DNA of 64,000 nt. It comes from Myxococcales bacterium. Lineage in GTDB: Bacteria; Myxococcota_A; Polyangia; Polyangiales; GCA-016699535. Below are positions 47,827 through 57,670 of this stretch, in pieces. A model generated the notes under the pieces. The model saw only the letters and a list, made by a program, of their open reading frames with translations. It had not been told where the DNA came from and did no database searches. The position numbers and the translations under genes are program-made. Each line of letters begins with the position of its first letter. Position 1 is the stretch's first letter. Location of the stretch: NCBI GenBank assembly GCA_016699535.1, contig CP064980.1, positions 1,425,728 to 1,489,727 of the forward strand, given 5' to 3'.

Positions 47827-50007
47827 ATGAAAACTTCGCTACTTCGTTTAGTCATTGGTATTAGCTTTTTGACTATCAGCATAAACTGCGGCCGAATCGG
47901 CTTCGATGCTGTGGCGCAAGACGCCGGAGTTGACAGCTCGGGTTCCGATAGCAATAGCCCTGCAAGTTGCTCTGACAACCTAAAAAATGCCGCGGAAACC
48001 GATATCGACTGCGGTGGTGGAAGCTGTGCAGCTTGCAATGTTGATCAGCAATGCGTTCTAAACAGTGACTGTCTAACTCAAGTATGCAGTGCAAACCGTT
48101 GTGTAGCAGTTAGCGCAACCTGTTCTGATGGGGTGCTCAATCAAGACGAGAGTGATGTCGACTGTGGTGGAAGCTGTGGACCCAACTGCAGCGATGGACA
48201 GGACTGCTCTCAAGCAACGGATTGCGTATCACTTGTGTGCTCGGGGCAGGCGTGCCAGGCGGCAACCTGTTCTGATGGGGTGCTCAATCAAGACGAGAGT
48301 GATGTCGACTGTGGTGGAAGCTGTGGACCCAATTGCAGCGATGGACAGGACTGCTCTCAAGCAACGGATTGCGTATCACTCGTGTGCTCGGGGCAGGCGT
48401 GCCAGGCGGCAACCTGTTCTGATGGGGTGCTCAATCAAGACGAGAGTGATGTCGACTGTGGTGGAAGCTGTGGACCCAATTGCGTATTTGGTAGTGGTTG
48501 TCTTTCAAACGGCGATTGCATTTCTAACGTCTGTACGATCAACATCTGCCAAGCCTTAACCTTTTACTTGGATTCTGATGGCGATGGTTATGGTGACCTC
48601 AGTAATCCAACTCAAGCCGACACCCTGCCGGCAGGCTATGCCAACAATAGTAGCGATTGCAATGATGGCGACAACGGTATCCATCCAGGCGCAGCAGAAC
48701 TGTGCGATGGAAGTGATAACGATTGCAATGTCGGCACCCTTGACGGCTCGGATCAATGTGCTGCAAATGAAAGCTGCGATGGCAGCAACTGTATTGCCCT
48801 TGCCGCAGATTGGGTGCGTGGCCTCAATGTCGATAACCAAGATATTCCAGCCGATGTTACTGAGCTTGCCGATGGAACTCTTGTTACGATTGGAACACTC
48901 GACTCGACGGAACCCTATCTTGCTCTTTGGGCACTTAATAGTGCCGGTAATGAGATGTGGAAAATGCAGTATGATACTGCGTTAACCGATCAGGGGAAAA
49001 GCATTTCTCCTGATAGTACTGGTGGATTCGCAGTGGCCGGACAGTCGCTTGTTGTTAGCGGATCGGACATGGACATTTATGTGGCCAAAGTCGATAACTC
49101 CCGTAATACCTTGTGGGCCAATTACTACGGGAGTGTTGCCTATGAAACCGAGCCGGAAGTCTTTCAAATGTCCACGGGTAATATTATTATAGCTTTTAGG
49201 ACCACTTCATATGGTGCAGGCGTGTCATGGGATTCGATTGTTGCCGCACTTGATAGCTCAGGCAATGTGCTATGGACAGTACAAATAGGAACTCCTGGTC
49301 GAGAAACAATTTACGGATTGACTGAGATCAGTACGGGCGACGTGATCATTGTTGGTTCTACAGACGGAGTAGGCGCAGGAGGACTTGATATTTTGCTTGC
49401 CTCGCTGAATCCAACTGGAGCGGTTAACTGGATCGAACTGATCGGAGATACGAGTTCTGATGTAGGTTATAATATTGATGCCCTGCCAGGGGGTGGATTT
49501 ATCATTGGAGGAATGGTCACATTTGGGGCAAGCCGCTATTTTGTTGCCAGTGTTGATAGTTCCGGGGCATTCACTTGGTCCAAGCACTACACGACAGCTA
49601 TTATTAACGATATTGTTATTCGTGACGATGGCAATATCAGCACTTTTGGCTATACGACGAGTGCTGCCCACGTCCTTACCGTTGACTCCGCGGGCACTCC
49701 CTTGTGGTATCGGCGTTTGTCACAGGGTTTTGCCAACTCGATTTTGGGAGCGTTGACAGACACCCAAGATGGCGCGTTGGTCGCAAGCCTTTGGGGTACA
49801 GGTCGAGACTTTACACTATGGAAGCAAATTGATTCGGGCGCTACTGTATGCGGGACATCGACCACTACAATAACCGAAACCGTAATTTCACCAACGCCCG
49901 TTGACGCTTCTGCTCTTGTAAGTATTTCAAGTCCATTGCTCGAGACCAATCCTACCACCGGTTTAGTAAACACTTCCCTTGGAACCTACTCAGCAACCTG
50001 CAACTAG
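47827..50007 (+). CDS. Lipoprotein with Cys-rich repeats (including a near-perfect tandem triplication), a putative metal-binding motif and an SBBP-type beta-propeller
   Basis: ATG at 47827. [29 protein letters not shown]. 49-aa repeats [60 protein letters not shown]...[24 protein letters not shown]. The C-terminal repeats fit the beta-propeller SBBP pattern. Confidence 0.85.
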   Translation: MKTSLLRLVIGISFLTISINCGRIGFDAVAQDAGVDSSGSDSNSPASCSDNLKNAAETDIDCGGGSCAACNVDQQCVLNSDCLTQVCSANRCVAVSATCSDGVLNQDESDVDCGGSCGPNCSDGQDCSQATDCVSLVCSGQACQAATCSDGVLNQDESDVDCGGSCGPNCSDGQDCSQATDCVSLVCSGQACQAATCSDGVLNQDESDVDCGGSCGPNCVFGSGCLSNGDCISNVCTINICQALTFYLDSDGDGYGDLSNPTQADTLPAGYANNSSDCNDGDNGIHPGAAELCDGSDNDCNVGTLDGSDQCAANESCDGSNCIALAADWVRGLNVDNQDIPADVTELADGTLVTIGTLDSTEPYLALWALNSAGNEMWKMQYDTALTDQGKSISPDSTGGFAVAGQSLVVSGSDMDIYVAKVDNSRNTLWANYYGSVAYETEPEVFQMSTGNIIIAFRTTSYGAGVSWDSIVAALDSSGNVLWTVQIGTPGRETIYGLTEISTGDVIIVGSTDGVGAGGLDILLASLNPTGAVNWIELIGDTSSDVGYNIDALPGGGFIIGGMVTFGASRYFVASVDSSGAFTWSKHYTTAIINDIVIRDDGNISTFGYTTSAAHVLTVDSAGTPLWYRRLSQGFANSILGALTDTQDGALVASLWGTGRDFTLWKQIDSGATVCGTSTTTITETVISPTPVDASALVSISSPLLETNPTTGLVNTSLGTYSATCN
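48121..48483 (+). repeat. 147-bp near-perfect tandem repeat, about 2.5 copies, in frame within the 47827..50007 CDS
   Basis: Copies start at 48121, 48268 and 48415. Only two substitutions were seen between the full copies (CCCAACTGC/CCCAATTGC, CACTTGTG/CACTCGTG). Confidence 0.9.
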
Positions 50008-50138
50008 TGCACTAATCGCAAACCAACGATTATGGATTGACTCGCGGCAAAGACACACCCGTTATGGCATGTTAGCAGAATCGGACCAACAACGTTGGTC
50101 CCGACTCAACATGTCTAAATAGAGTGAGTGATGGCGAT

Positions 50139-50174
50139 GCATAAGGATTCCAAAGGTAGTTTTTGAGTTCGGGA
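50139..50174 (-). repeat. Solo copy of the 36-bp IS91/ISCR-like terminal sequence
   Basis: GCATAAGGATTCCAAAGGTAGTTTTTGAGTTCGGGA is identical to 47081-47116 and 53441-53476. Flanks are unrelated on both sides. Confidence 0.85.
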
Positions 50175-50469
50175 GCTGCAAGGCGTTTTTACTACGATAG
50201 CAACTAGTCGCTACATCCACAGGTAATGGGCTTCAATCTCGCACGCAGATTGAGAGGATACCGTTAGCGGCCGACCCACTCTGAATCCCGTTTGCTTCAA
50301 CGCTTGTTCTTACGGAAAGCGGCTGAATTTAACCGTCAGACTCTCAAAGCTGCCTTTCATTTCAACAATCTCGTGTAGGGAAAAAGACACCACGATGTTG
50401 TAAGCCTCACATCAATTAGTCCTCCTTTTCACTTTGACTATAGTGTTTTTTTCTGTCACAGTTGTAATT

Positions 50470-53322
50470 ATGATAAAAACTACCATCTCCATTCTGACGT
50501 TTCTTTTGATGGCAACTCTCCTTTCAGCATGCGGTCGTATCGGTTTCGACGCTGTAGACACTCAAAGTCTTCAAGTTGATTCCGATAACGATTCCGTCTT
50601 GGACAGTGCAGAGCTTGCGGAAGACACCGATGGAGACGGTATCCTGAACTTCTTGGACAATGATGACGATGGCGACCGAATCTTAACCGCTATCGAAATC
50701 ATTCAAGAGCAGGATAATGCTGATGGTGATGAAGATGGTAGACCTGCTTATCTTGACACTGATTCTGACGGCGATGGTTTGCTTGATATTGACGAAGGTC
50801 AAAGTGATCTCGATGCTGACGGAATCCCAAACTATCTCGATGTCGACTCCGATGGTGACCAAATCAGTGATTCCATCGATGCCGATACTTATTGTAGCGA
50901 TGGAATACGCAATTTTAACGAAAGTGATGTCGATTGCGGTGGTTTGGCATGTCTACCGTGCAGTGAAGGATCCTACTGCCTGTTTCCATTCGATTGCAGT
51001 TCTGGGATCTGCACCGGAAATACTTGCACTACATCCAATTGCTCCGATGGCCTAATAAACCAAGATGAGACCGATATCGATTGCGGTGGCTCAACCTGCC
51101 CGGCGTGTACGGATGGGGCTACTTGCGACTCGGGTTCCGATTGCAGTTCTGGGACATGCACCGGAAATATTTGCACTACATCAAACTGCTCCGATGGTTT
51201 AATGAACCAAGACGAAACAGATGTAGACTGCGGCGGAAGTAGCTGCAGTGCATGCTCCGATGGTCTGAGCTGTACAGTAGCAGGGGACTGCACATCGGGA
51301 GTATGCACGGGAAACATCTGTCAAGCAGCAACATGCTCAGATAGCACTTGGAACCAAGACGAGACGGATGTGGACTGTGGGGGCTCGACGTGTAGCACTT
51401 GTGCGGATGGTCTGAGTTGCACCGCTGGTGGCGATTGCGGCTCTGGAGTGTGCACAGGCAACGTCTGCCAAGTGCCAACCTGTACCGATACAGTGCAAAA
51501 CTTTGATGAAACAGACGTGGACTGCGGCGGATCGACCTGCAGCGCATGCGCCGATGGTCTAAGTTGCGCAGCTGGTAGCGATTGCATTTCAAGTGTATGC
51601 ACAGGCAACATCTGCCAAGCGGCAACCTGTAGCGATAGCGTCAATAATCAAGACGAAACCGATGTGGACTGCGGCGGAAGCAGCTGCTCAGTGTGCACCG
51701 CAGGGCAAGGCTGCTCGGCTGGCAGCGATTGTGATTCAGGGGTTTGCAGCGGAAGCATTTGCCAAGCGCCCACGTGCAGTGACAGCGTGCAAAATTTTGA
51801 TGAGACGGATATCGATTGTGGCGGAACGATATGCGGCGCTTGCACAACGGGCCAAAGCTGCGGGGTTGGCGGTGACTGTGACTCTTCTGTGTGCACAGGC
51901 AACGTGTGTCAAGCAGCGACTTGCTCCGATGGTTTTTGGAACCAGGACGAAACGACGACTGATTGTGGCGGAAGCATTTGCTCGCCCTGTCCTCCGGGAG
52001 GTGGCTGCTCGGCTGGAAGCGATTGTGACTCCGGTGTGTGCACGGGCAACGTATGTCAAGCGCCGACTTGCTCCGATAGTGTGCAAAATCAAGATGAGAC
52101 GGGTGTGGATTGCGGGGGATCTATATGTGGTAGTTGTTCCAGTGGAACTGTTGTCGAAGTTTCGGCGGGAGCTAGCCATGTATGTGCGATCACGAATTCG
52201 TCCGCTGTACGATGCTGGGGATATAACGGTAGTGCTCAACTTGGATACGGACATACCAACAACATTGGTGATGATGAACCGGCATCTGCAGCCGGCGATG
52301 TCAGTGTTGGTGGCAACGTGATTCAAGTGAGCGCTGGTGGAGTGCACACTTGTGCTCTCCTTGATACTGGTACAGTGCGTTGTTGGGGAGCAAACAGTTT
52401 TGGACAACTTGGTTATGGTAATACCACGATTATCGGTGATGATGAACTGCCCTCTAGCGCTGGCGATGTAAATGTAGGCGGCACGGTGACGCAGATTGCT
52501 ACTGGATACCAACATACCTGCGCATTGCTAAGCACCGGCACGGTGCGGTGCTGGGGGTTGAACGCATGGGGACAACTTGGTTATGGTAATACCACGACTA
52601 TCGGCGATGATGAATTGCCCTCTAGCGCTGGTGATGTAAATGTGGGCGGCACGGTAACGCAGATTTCTTGTGGTCGCTACCACACCTGCGCTCTCCTTGA
52701 CACAGGAGCGGTACGTTGTTGGGGAGGAAATAATCATGGACAACTCGGTTATGGGAACACCAATACCATTGGCGACAATGAAACACCGGCTTCAGCTGGC
52801 GATGTTTCCGTAGGGGGAACGGTAACGCAAGTCAAGGCTTCGGAGACATTGTCTTGCGCGTTACTCGATATAGGAACGGTGCGGTGCTGGGGCTGGGGAT
52901 TTACTGGTCAGCTCGGTTATGGCAACACCAATAGCATTGGCGACAATGAAACACCGGCATCAGCAGGCGATGTTTCTGTTGGAGGAACAGTTAGCAGCAT
53001 CGATGTAGGTTCAGGTCATGTTTGTGCGCTTCTCGATACAGGCACAGTACGTTGCTGGGGGACTTCCGCAGACGCACAACTTGGCTATGGAAACAAGTTG
53101 GCCATCGGTGACAATGAACTACCCTCTAGCGCTGGTGATGTCACTATCGGTGGAACGGCAACCCAAGTAGTCGCTGGCTACATATTCAGCTGTGCATTGC
53201 TTGATACGGGAGCCTTACGTTGTTGGGGCTATGGAGGATACGGAACACTTGGTTATGGCAACATAAACATGGTTGGCGATAACGAAACGCCAGCATCCGT
53301 AGGCGATGTACCTCTTTTCTAA
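50470..53322 (+). CDS. Large lipoprotein: thrombospondin-type-3-like Ca-binding repeats, about 11 Cys-rich repeats and an RCC1-like beta-propeller
   Basis: ATG at 50470. [47 protein letters not shown]-type repeats. Repeated C[ST]D..NQDETD[VI]DCGGS.C..C..G..C....DC.SGVCTGN.CQ. Repeated VRCWG.N..GQLGYGNT..IGDDE.P.SAGDV.VGG.V.Q...G..HTCALL.TG. Confidence 0.85.
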   Translation: MIKTTISILTFLLMATLLSACGRIGFDAVDTQSLQVDSDNDSVLDSAELAEDTDGDGILNFLDNDDDGDRILTAIEIIQEQDNADGDEDGRPAYLDTDSDGDGLLDIDEGQSDLDADGIPNYLDVDSDGDQISDSIDADTYCSDGIRNFNESDVDCGGLACLPCSEGSYCLFPFDCSSGICTGNTCTTSNCSDGLINQDETDIDCGGSTCPACTDGATCDSGSDCSSGTCTGNICTTSNCSDGLMNQDETDVDCGGSSCSACSDGLSCTVAGDCTSGVCTGNICQAATCSDSTWNQDETDVDCGGSTCSTCADGLSCTAGGDCGSGVCTGNVCQVPTCTDTVQNFDETDVDCGGSTCSACADGLSCAAGSDCISSVCTGNICQAATCSDSVNNQDETDVDCGGSSCSVCTAGQGCSAGSDCDSGVCSGSICQAPTCSDSVQNFDETDIDCGGTICGACTTGQSCGVGGDCDSSVCTGNVCQAATCSDGFWNQDETTTDCGGSICSPCPPGGGCSAGSDCDSGVCTGNVCQAPTCSDSVQNQDETGVDCGGSICGSCSSGTVVEVSAGASHVCAITNSSAVRCWGYNGSAQLGYGHTNNIGDDEPASAAGDVSVGGNVIQVSAGGVHTCALLDTGTVRCWGANSFGQLGYGNTTIIGDDELPSSAGDVNVGGTVTQIATGYQHTCALLSTGTVRCWGLNAWGQLGYGNTTTIGDDELPSSAGDVNVGGTVTQISCGRYHTCALLDTGAVRCWGGNNHGQLGYGNTNTIGDNETPASAGDVSVGGTVTQVKASETLSCALLDIGTVRCWGWGFTGQLGYGNTNSIGDNETPASAGDVSVGGTVSSIDVGSGHVCALLDTGTVRCWGTSADAQLGYGNKLAIGDNELPSSAGDVTIGGTATQVVAGYIFSCALLDTGALRCWGYGGYGTLGYGNINMVGDNETPASVGDVPLF

Positions 53323-53440
53323 GAAAGCCATTCTTGGTTTCAGGGGTGCCATTGGCGTCGTCCGTTGATCGACGGTGGCGAAGTGACGAAGGTGAAGTAG
53401 AGACCGCCCCTAATGTAGGCGGAAAACGCACCCCTGTGAC

Positions 53441-53960
53441 GCATAAGGATTCCAAAGGTAGTTTTTGAGTTCGGGAACAGTGTTGGCATCCACAAATTCC
53501 TTAATTTTCATGTGGCCACTGCAAGATGGGCACGCGCTCGCATCTATCTAGAACACAGTTGCCAGGAATTTGGCCCAGGGGTTTCTGCAGGGTCATCGCC
53601 CCACAAGTGGAGCTGCGCTCCGGGCTCTTCGTCCAGCAGACCTGGCACGACTTGACCGTGCTCTTTGGCATGAGCGGCCAGCACGCCGTGGTAGCGCAAA
53701 AGATGAGACCGCGGCGGCGGCACCAAGGCGCAGAGGCTGGTTGTCAAATCAAGCGGCTCAAACACCACCGCTTCGGTCCCGTCCGCCTATTGTCGCTTGA
53801 GTATATAGATGAGCTTGCCATAGCGATAGCGACGCAGGTGTTTGGTGGCCACAGGCGGCCTGGACAAGTAGGGGCACAATCGGGTGCGAGCACGCTTGTC
53901 TTGGGCATCGATGCGGCTGTCGGCAAACACGGAAAACCCAGCCACTTCGATACGTGGTGT
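53441..53960 (-). mobile_element. IS91/ISCR-family element remnant, the longest copy: 36-bp end, 3' flank and about 135 C-terminal codons of the transposase with an in-frame TAG
   Basis: The minus strand reads ...GFSVFADSRIDAQDKRARTRLCPYLSRPPVATKHL...LKRQ*ADGTEAVVFEPLD...LVPPPRSHLLRYHGVLAAHAKEHGQVVP...CSR*. This resembles the IS91-family C-terminus (RY..RPP..., LvPpPr.h..RyhGv.A). TAG at 53787-53789. Confidence 0.75.
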
Positions 53961-54088
53961 TGAGGAAATACCCAGCGGTACTGGCGCCATCTCCGCACCC
54001 AGTTGCCATCATCGACTGCATATCAAACAAAGTATTCTCGCCGAGAAATCAACTCGACTATTGGCTTCCGAGTGCTAAGGTAACTTAT

Positions 54089-56476
54089 GTGATTGATTTG
54101 CAAAAAACACTTGTTCGATTGACTCTGCTGATAGGCTTGTGTCTCAGTGTTTCGTGTGACGGACAAATCCCTAGACTGGGTCCGAGCTCGCCGGATGTTT
54201 CGTTGCCAGATGCTGACCCATTACCAACCGATGCCTCCATTGACGATCAAGACACGAACTATCCCATTATTGTGTATGATATCCGTCATTTTGCCAACAA
54301 GGGGCAAACCCCCTCTCTGGCTCTTGAGTATTTCGATCGCATGCTCACGCTTCAAACTCTGCAAGGCATCGTCAACCGCAATGTGCCGCGCTTGTATTTT
54401 GTTTACGTTCAGTTGCGTCGCGACGAAGGCACCATCAATGTGGATGAAAACTGGTTTTCTGAGCTTTGTGACCCGAGCTCAACTTTCGAATGCAGGTCTG
54501 ATTTTCAGGAACTTGATGGACGAGCCATTCTACGCTTTAAAGAAACCGACCAAAGCTCCGATGCAAGCTTGTCGATCGACGATCTGATTGCGAACTATTT
54601 TCTTGATGATCTTCAAGGCCTTGTCGTTTGGGATTCGCGCGTTCATGCGACCTCCCTGGCCGCTGCCAGCATCGCCGGCGCAACTTCTTCGCTTGCCGTT
54701 CGTTATTCGATGGACCCTAGCTCTTTGTATCAAAAGCTTGGGCACGCGCTTGCGTTGCCTGTCACCGAAGATTTATACGCCTTGGATTTTACACAACCCG
54801 GTATTCCGAACTACCCGGCTTTGGGCGACTTTGGACCTAAAAGCAACGTTTACCGCTGGCTAACCGAAACTTATATCAACACGGCCAAACTTGATACACG
54901 ACACGTGGCATGGTCGCTGGATTCTTTTTCAACAACCGTCACAAATGAGTCATGGCTCAACAACATGACCAGCCACATCAACTACTACGTCTCCAATAGA
55001 GCCATCATCGTTGATTTAGCCGTTCTGCAAGATTATACGCCCTGTGACGATCCTCTGGCTTCAATCAATTCGGATTGGCACACGGCCAATCATGTTCTAC
55101 AGGCTGCCAATCGAATCACAAGTGGACTTAAGTATGCTTATGGCTTTCCGCCTTGGCCTTACAAATACAGCAGTTGGAGAAACTGTGGTCTGTCCACAGA
55201 TAACCTTCCTCCCCCTTATGTCAGCGAACATCGGTTCGTCAATTTACTATCTAGCTATGGTTACACCAACGTCCTTGAAGCTGCCGAAAGTGGCGCTTCG
55301 GGTGACTCCATCGGCCAAATGCCTAACATGAGCTTCTTTTCCCATCTGAAAAACGATCAACACCACTACAATCTCAATGCTCAAGCGGTTGCGCCCGCAC
55401 AAGGAAGTAATGCAATCAATGGGGTGGTCTATCTCTTGGTCGCCATGGCCGACTATGAATCGGCGGGCCCCGCACATATTGCGCTGCAGGATTCAAAGAT
55501 TTTGAAGCAAAGCACAAGCCCAAGTTTCCCAGTGGCTTGGCTGATTAACCCCAACACTTTTGACCTTGCACCACAGCAATTGACGTTCATTTTAAGAACC
55601 AAAACCCAACACGACTATTTTGTTGGCGAAGCTGGTTACGGCTACTTTGATGCCAATCTTTTTTCAGAAAAGATAGCCATGGCACAGCTGGCTTCTCGAG
55701 CCTACGACCGTTACGGCTTAAGCATTACTGGTTTCACTATTTTCACACATAACATAGACCAAAAGGCCCTCCTGAGCCCCGAAGCACTTGACATGATGTC
55801 AGCTTTTAGCGGTGATGGCCTAGGCACCAGCCCCTCGGACGGCGATGGCGGAGATATCCGGATACAAAACCGTGTACCAATGATCAATGTCCGAGCCTAT
55901 TTTCATCCCGAGGATGATCCTGTCGTGGCTGTCCAACAGTTCCTCGCGCAACACACGTACCATGCGGGTGCGCCTAACTTTTGGATCGCACGATCGATCT
56001 TCATGGGTCGAGCTACAGTCCAAACCTATATCGACGAACTGAAAAGGCAAACGCCCGGTCGTGACTACCGGATTGTCGATCCCTACACTTTCTTTTATTT
56101 GCTTCGGCAATACCTGGGTTCCAACAACAACTATCGAGCCAGCTACCTGCAAGACACCTTTCCAAAAACGGTTAAGCCCAATCAGCTCGTGGCATTTAGT
56201 GTAACCATTCGGAACGATGGCTGGGATACTTGGCAAGCTAGTGGCGTCAATCCTTATGGCATAGGAGCTACCATCGACGGACAAAGCCCCTATCCCATCG
56301 CACAGCTACTGTCCCAAGACGTCGCTCCGTCCCAAAGCATCACCGTTGACTTGCAAATTCAAGCACCCTCAAGCCCCGGAATGCACGAATTGAAGATCGA
56401 TCTCAAAAAAGAAAACATCACCTGGTTCGAAAGCCAGCTTGATATACCCAGGTATATTCCCTTCACGGTCGAGTAA
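54089..56476 (+). CDS. Large lipoprotein, possibly a GxGYxYP-family glycoside-hydrolase-like protein with a C-terminal Ig-like (NBR1/CARDB-like) domain
   Basis: GTG at 54089 with AAGG 8 nt upstream. MIDLQKTLVRLTLLIGLCLSVSC lipobox. LQTLQGIVNRNVPRLYF and GEAGYGYFD resemble the GxGYxYP family. C-terminal VAFSVTIRNDGWDTW...ITVDLQIQAPSSPGMHELKIDL. Confidence 0.75.
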   Translation: MIDLQKTLVRLTLLIGLCLSVSCDGQIPRLGPSSPDVSLPDADPLPTDASIDDQDTNYPIIVYDIRHFANKGQTPSLALEYFDRMLTLQTLQGIVNRNVPRLYFVYVQLRRDEGTINVDENWFSELCDPSSTFECRSDFQELDGRAILRFKETDQSSDASLSIDDLIANYFLDDLQGLVVWDSRVHATSLAAASIAGATSSLAVRYSMDPSSLYQKLGHALALPVTEDLYALDFTQPGIPNYPALGDFGPKSNVYRWLTETYINTAKLDTRHVAWSLDSFSTTVTNESWLNNMTSHINYYVSNRAIIVDLAVLQDYTPCDDPLASINSDWHTANHVLQAANRITSGLKYAYGFPPWPYKYSSWRNCGLSTDNLPPPYVSEHRFVNLLSSYGYTNVLEAAESGASGDSIGQMPNMSFFSHLKNDQHHYNLNAQAVAPAQGSNAINGVVYLLVAMADYESAGPAHIALQDSKILKQSTSPSFPVAWLINPNTFDLAPQQLTFILRTKTQHDYFVGEAGYGYFDANLFSEKIAMAQLASRAYDRYGLSITGFTIFTHNIDQKALLSPEALDMMSAFSGDGLGTSPSDGDGGDIRIQNRVPMINVRAYFHPEDDPVVAVQQFLAQHTYHAGAPNFWIARSIFMGRATVQTYIDELKRQTPGRDYRIVDPYTFFYLLRQYLGSNNNYRASYLQDTFPKTVKPNQLVAFSVTIRNDGWDTWQASGVNPYGIGATIDGQSPYPIAQLLSQDVAPSQSITVDLQIQAPSSPGMHELKIDLKKENITWFESQLDIPRYIPFTVE

Positions 56477-56549
56477 TCCTCATGAACAGTCCCTGCGCAG
56501 CCAAAATCACATAGGTAAGAAAAGCGTAAAGTTAGATAGTTAAGTGTTT

Positions 56550-57451
56550 TCATGGGGGCATGGAGGAGCCATGCGGGTCACTTAAGGCCCCAGGTGGCGA
56601 AAAGTGGCGGTTTCTCGGGTATTTGGAAGACTTGGATTTAAGCGCGCGTGGACAGCTACTTTTCTTCTTTCGAGTGGGTAAGATGAAGAGTTCGGTTTGT
56701 TTCTGCAGGGCAATGAGTTTTTTCGGAATACTTCCCGGAGTGACGATGGCACAAAACATCCACTCAAGGGCAATCATACGCATGACAATCACAAAGCTGA
56801 TGCGCAAAGGCGAGCAGCGTCGTTTTTGCGCGACGCTTAGTATCCGGTAACGAATCAAGTTCTGAGCAAGCAGCAGGCCCCAAAGCTCTTGTATGACACC
56901 CTCTAAACGCAGCTGCCGTGACAAGATGGGTTTTCACCGAACTGAGCATGACCATCGGGCACAAGGGATAGCCGCTCGGGCCATAATCCCCAGCACTCGC
57001 TGTGCCAAAGGCTTTGTCGTTCGTCGCGCTTTCGTCGCAATGAAATAACGAACCATCCATCGTATAGACCTTCAGTCCATGAAAGTCCTTATGCTCCGCT
57101 TGCTTATCCCAGTGCAATGCGCTCGGTTTCGCAAAGCCACTGCAGTGGCTCGACTCCCACGGGCTGCCGTGCCTGGGTGATGCTGCTTTTGGCGACTTCC
57201 TTGTCCGAAGGCAGCGACAAATCTAACTCGCGCACCACTTCGCTGGTGGGGCGGTCGCGAACCAACGCCATCCCGATGAGCACCCAAATCACCTGCTCCA
57301 TCGGTAAACGCAGACGTCGAACCGTGGCACTGCCTGTTTGCTCCAAAGCCTGCCCTATCCATTCATACGGCAACTGCTTGGCACGCTTATCGGCTCGCAG
57401 CACATGCCCGTACATCCCGTATAAGGTCTCGATGCTGGTCTCGCTTGGCAT
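56550..57451 (-). mobile_element. IS4-family IS, an internal-deletion derivative: N-terminal domain plus start of DDE, then a jump to the C-terminal part
   Basis: ORF 57104..57451 carries an Nterm_IS4-like motif ([21 protein letters not shown]). ORF 56764..57117 (VYTMDGSLFHCDESATNDKAFG...YPLCPMVML) runs into ...KTHLVTAAAFRG. There the sequence continues out of frame with the C-terminal part (VIQELWGLLLAQNLIRY...) of ORF 56550..56924. Confidence 0.75.
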
Positions 57452-57670
57452 ACCCCCTTCATCCGATCACGCCGTTTTGATCCCAGCACGCTTTTTTCGC
57501 AATTTCACACCCTCGGAGCTCTTATCCGATCGGCAGTGGGTTTCGAGGCCCCACTTTGGTAGGCTGTGTTTGACTGAAGTGGCATAAATTGGGGCAAAAA
57601 ATTGCCACAATTGTCATCTTTTGGCTTTTTTGTTGTCTAATTTGGCATGACTGCTTAGGGTGCCGGGCAT

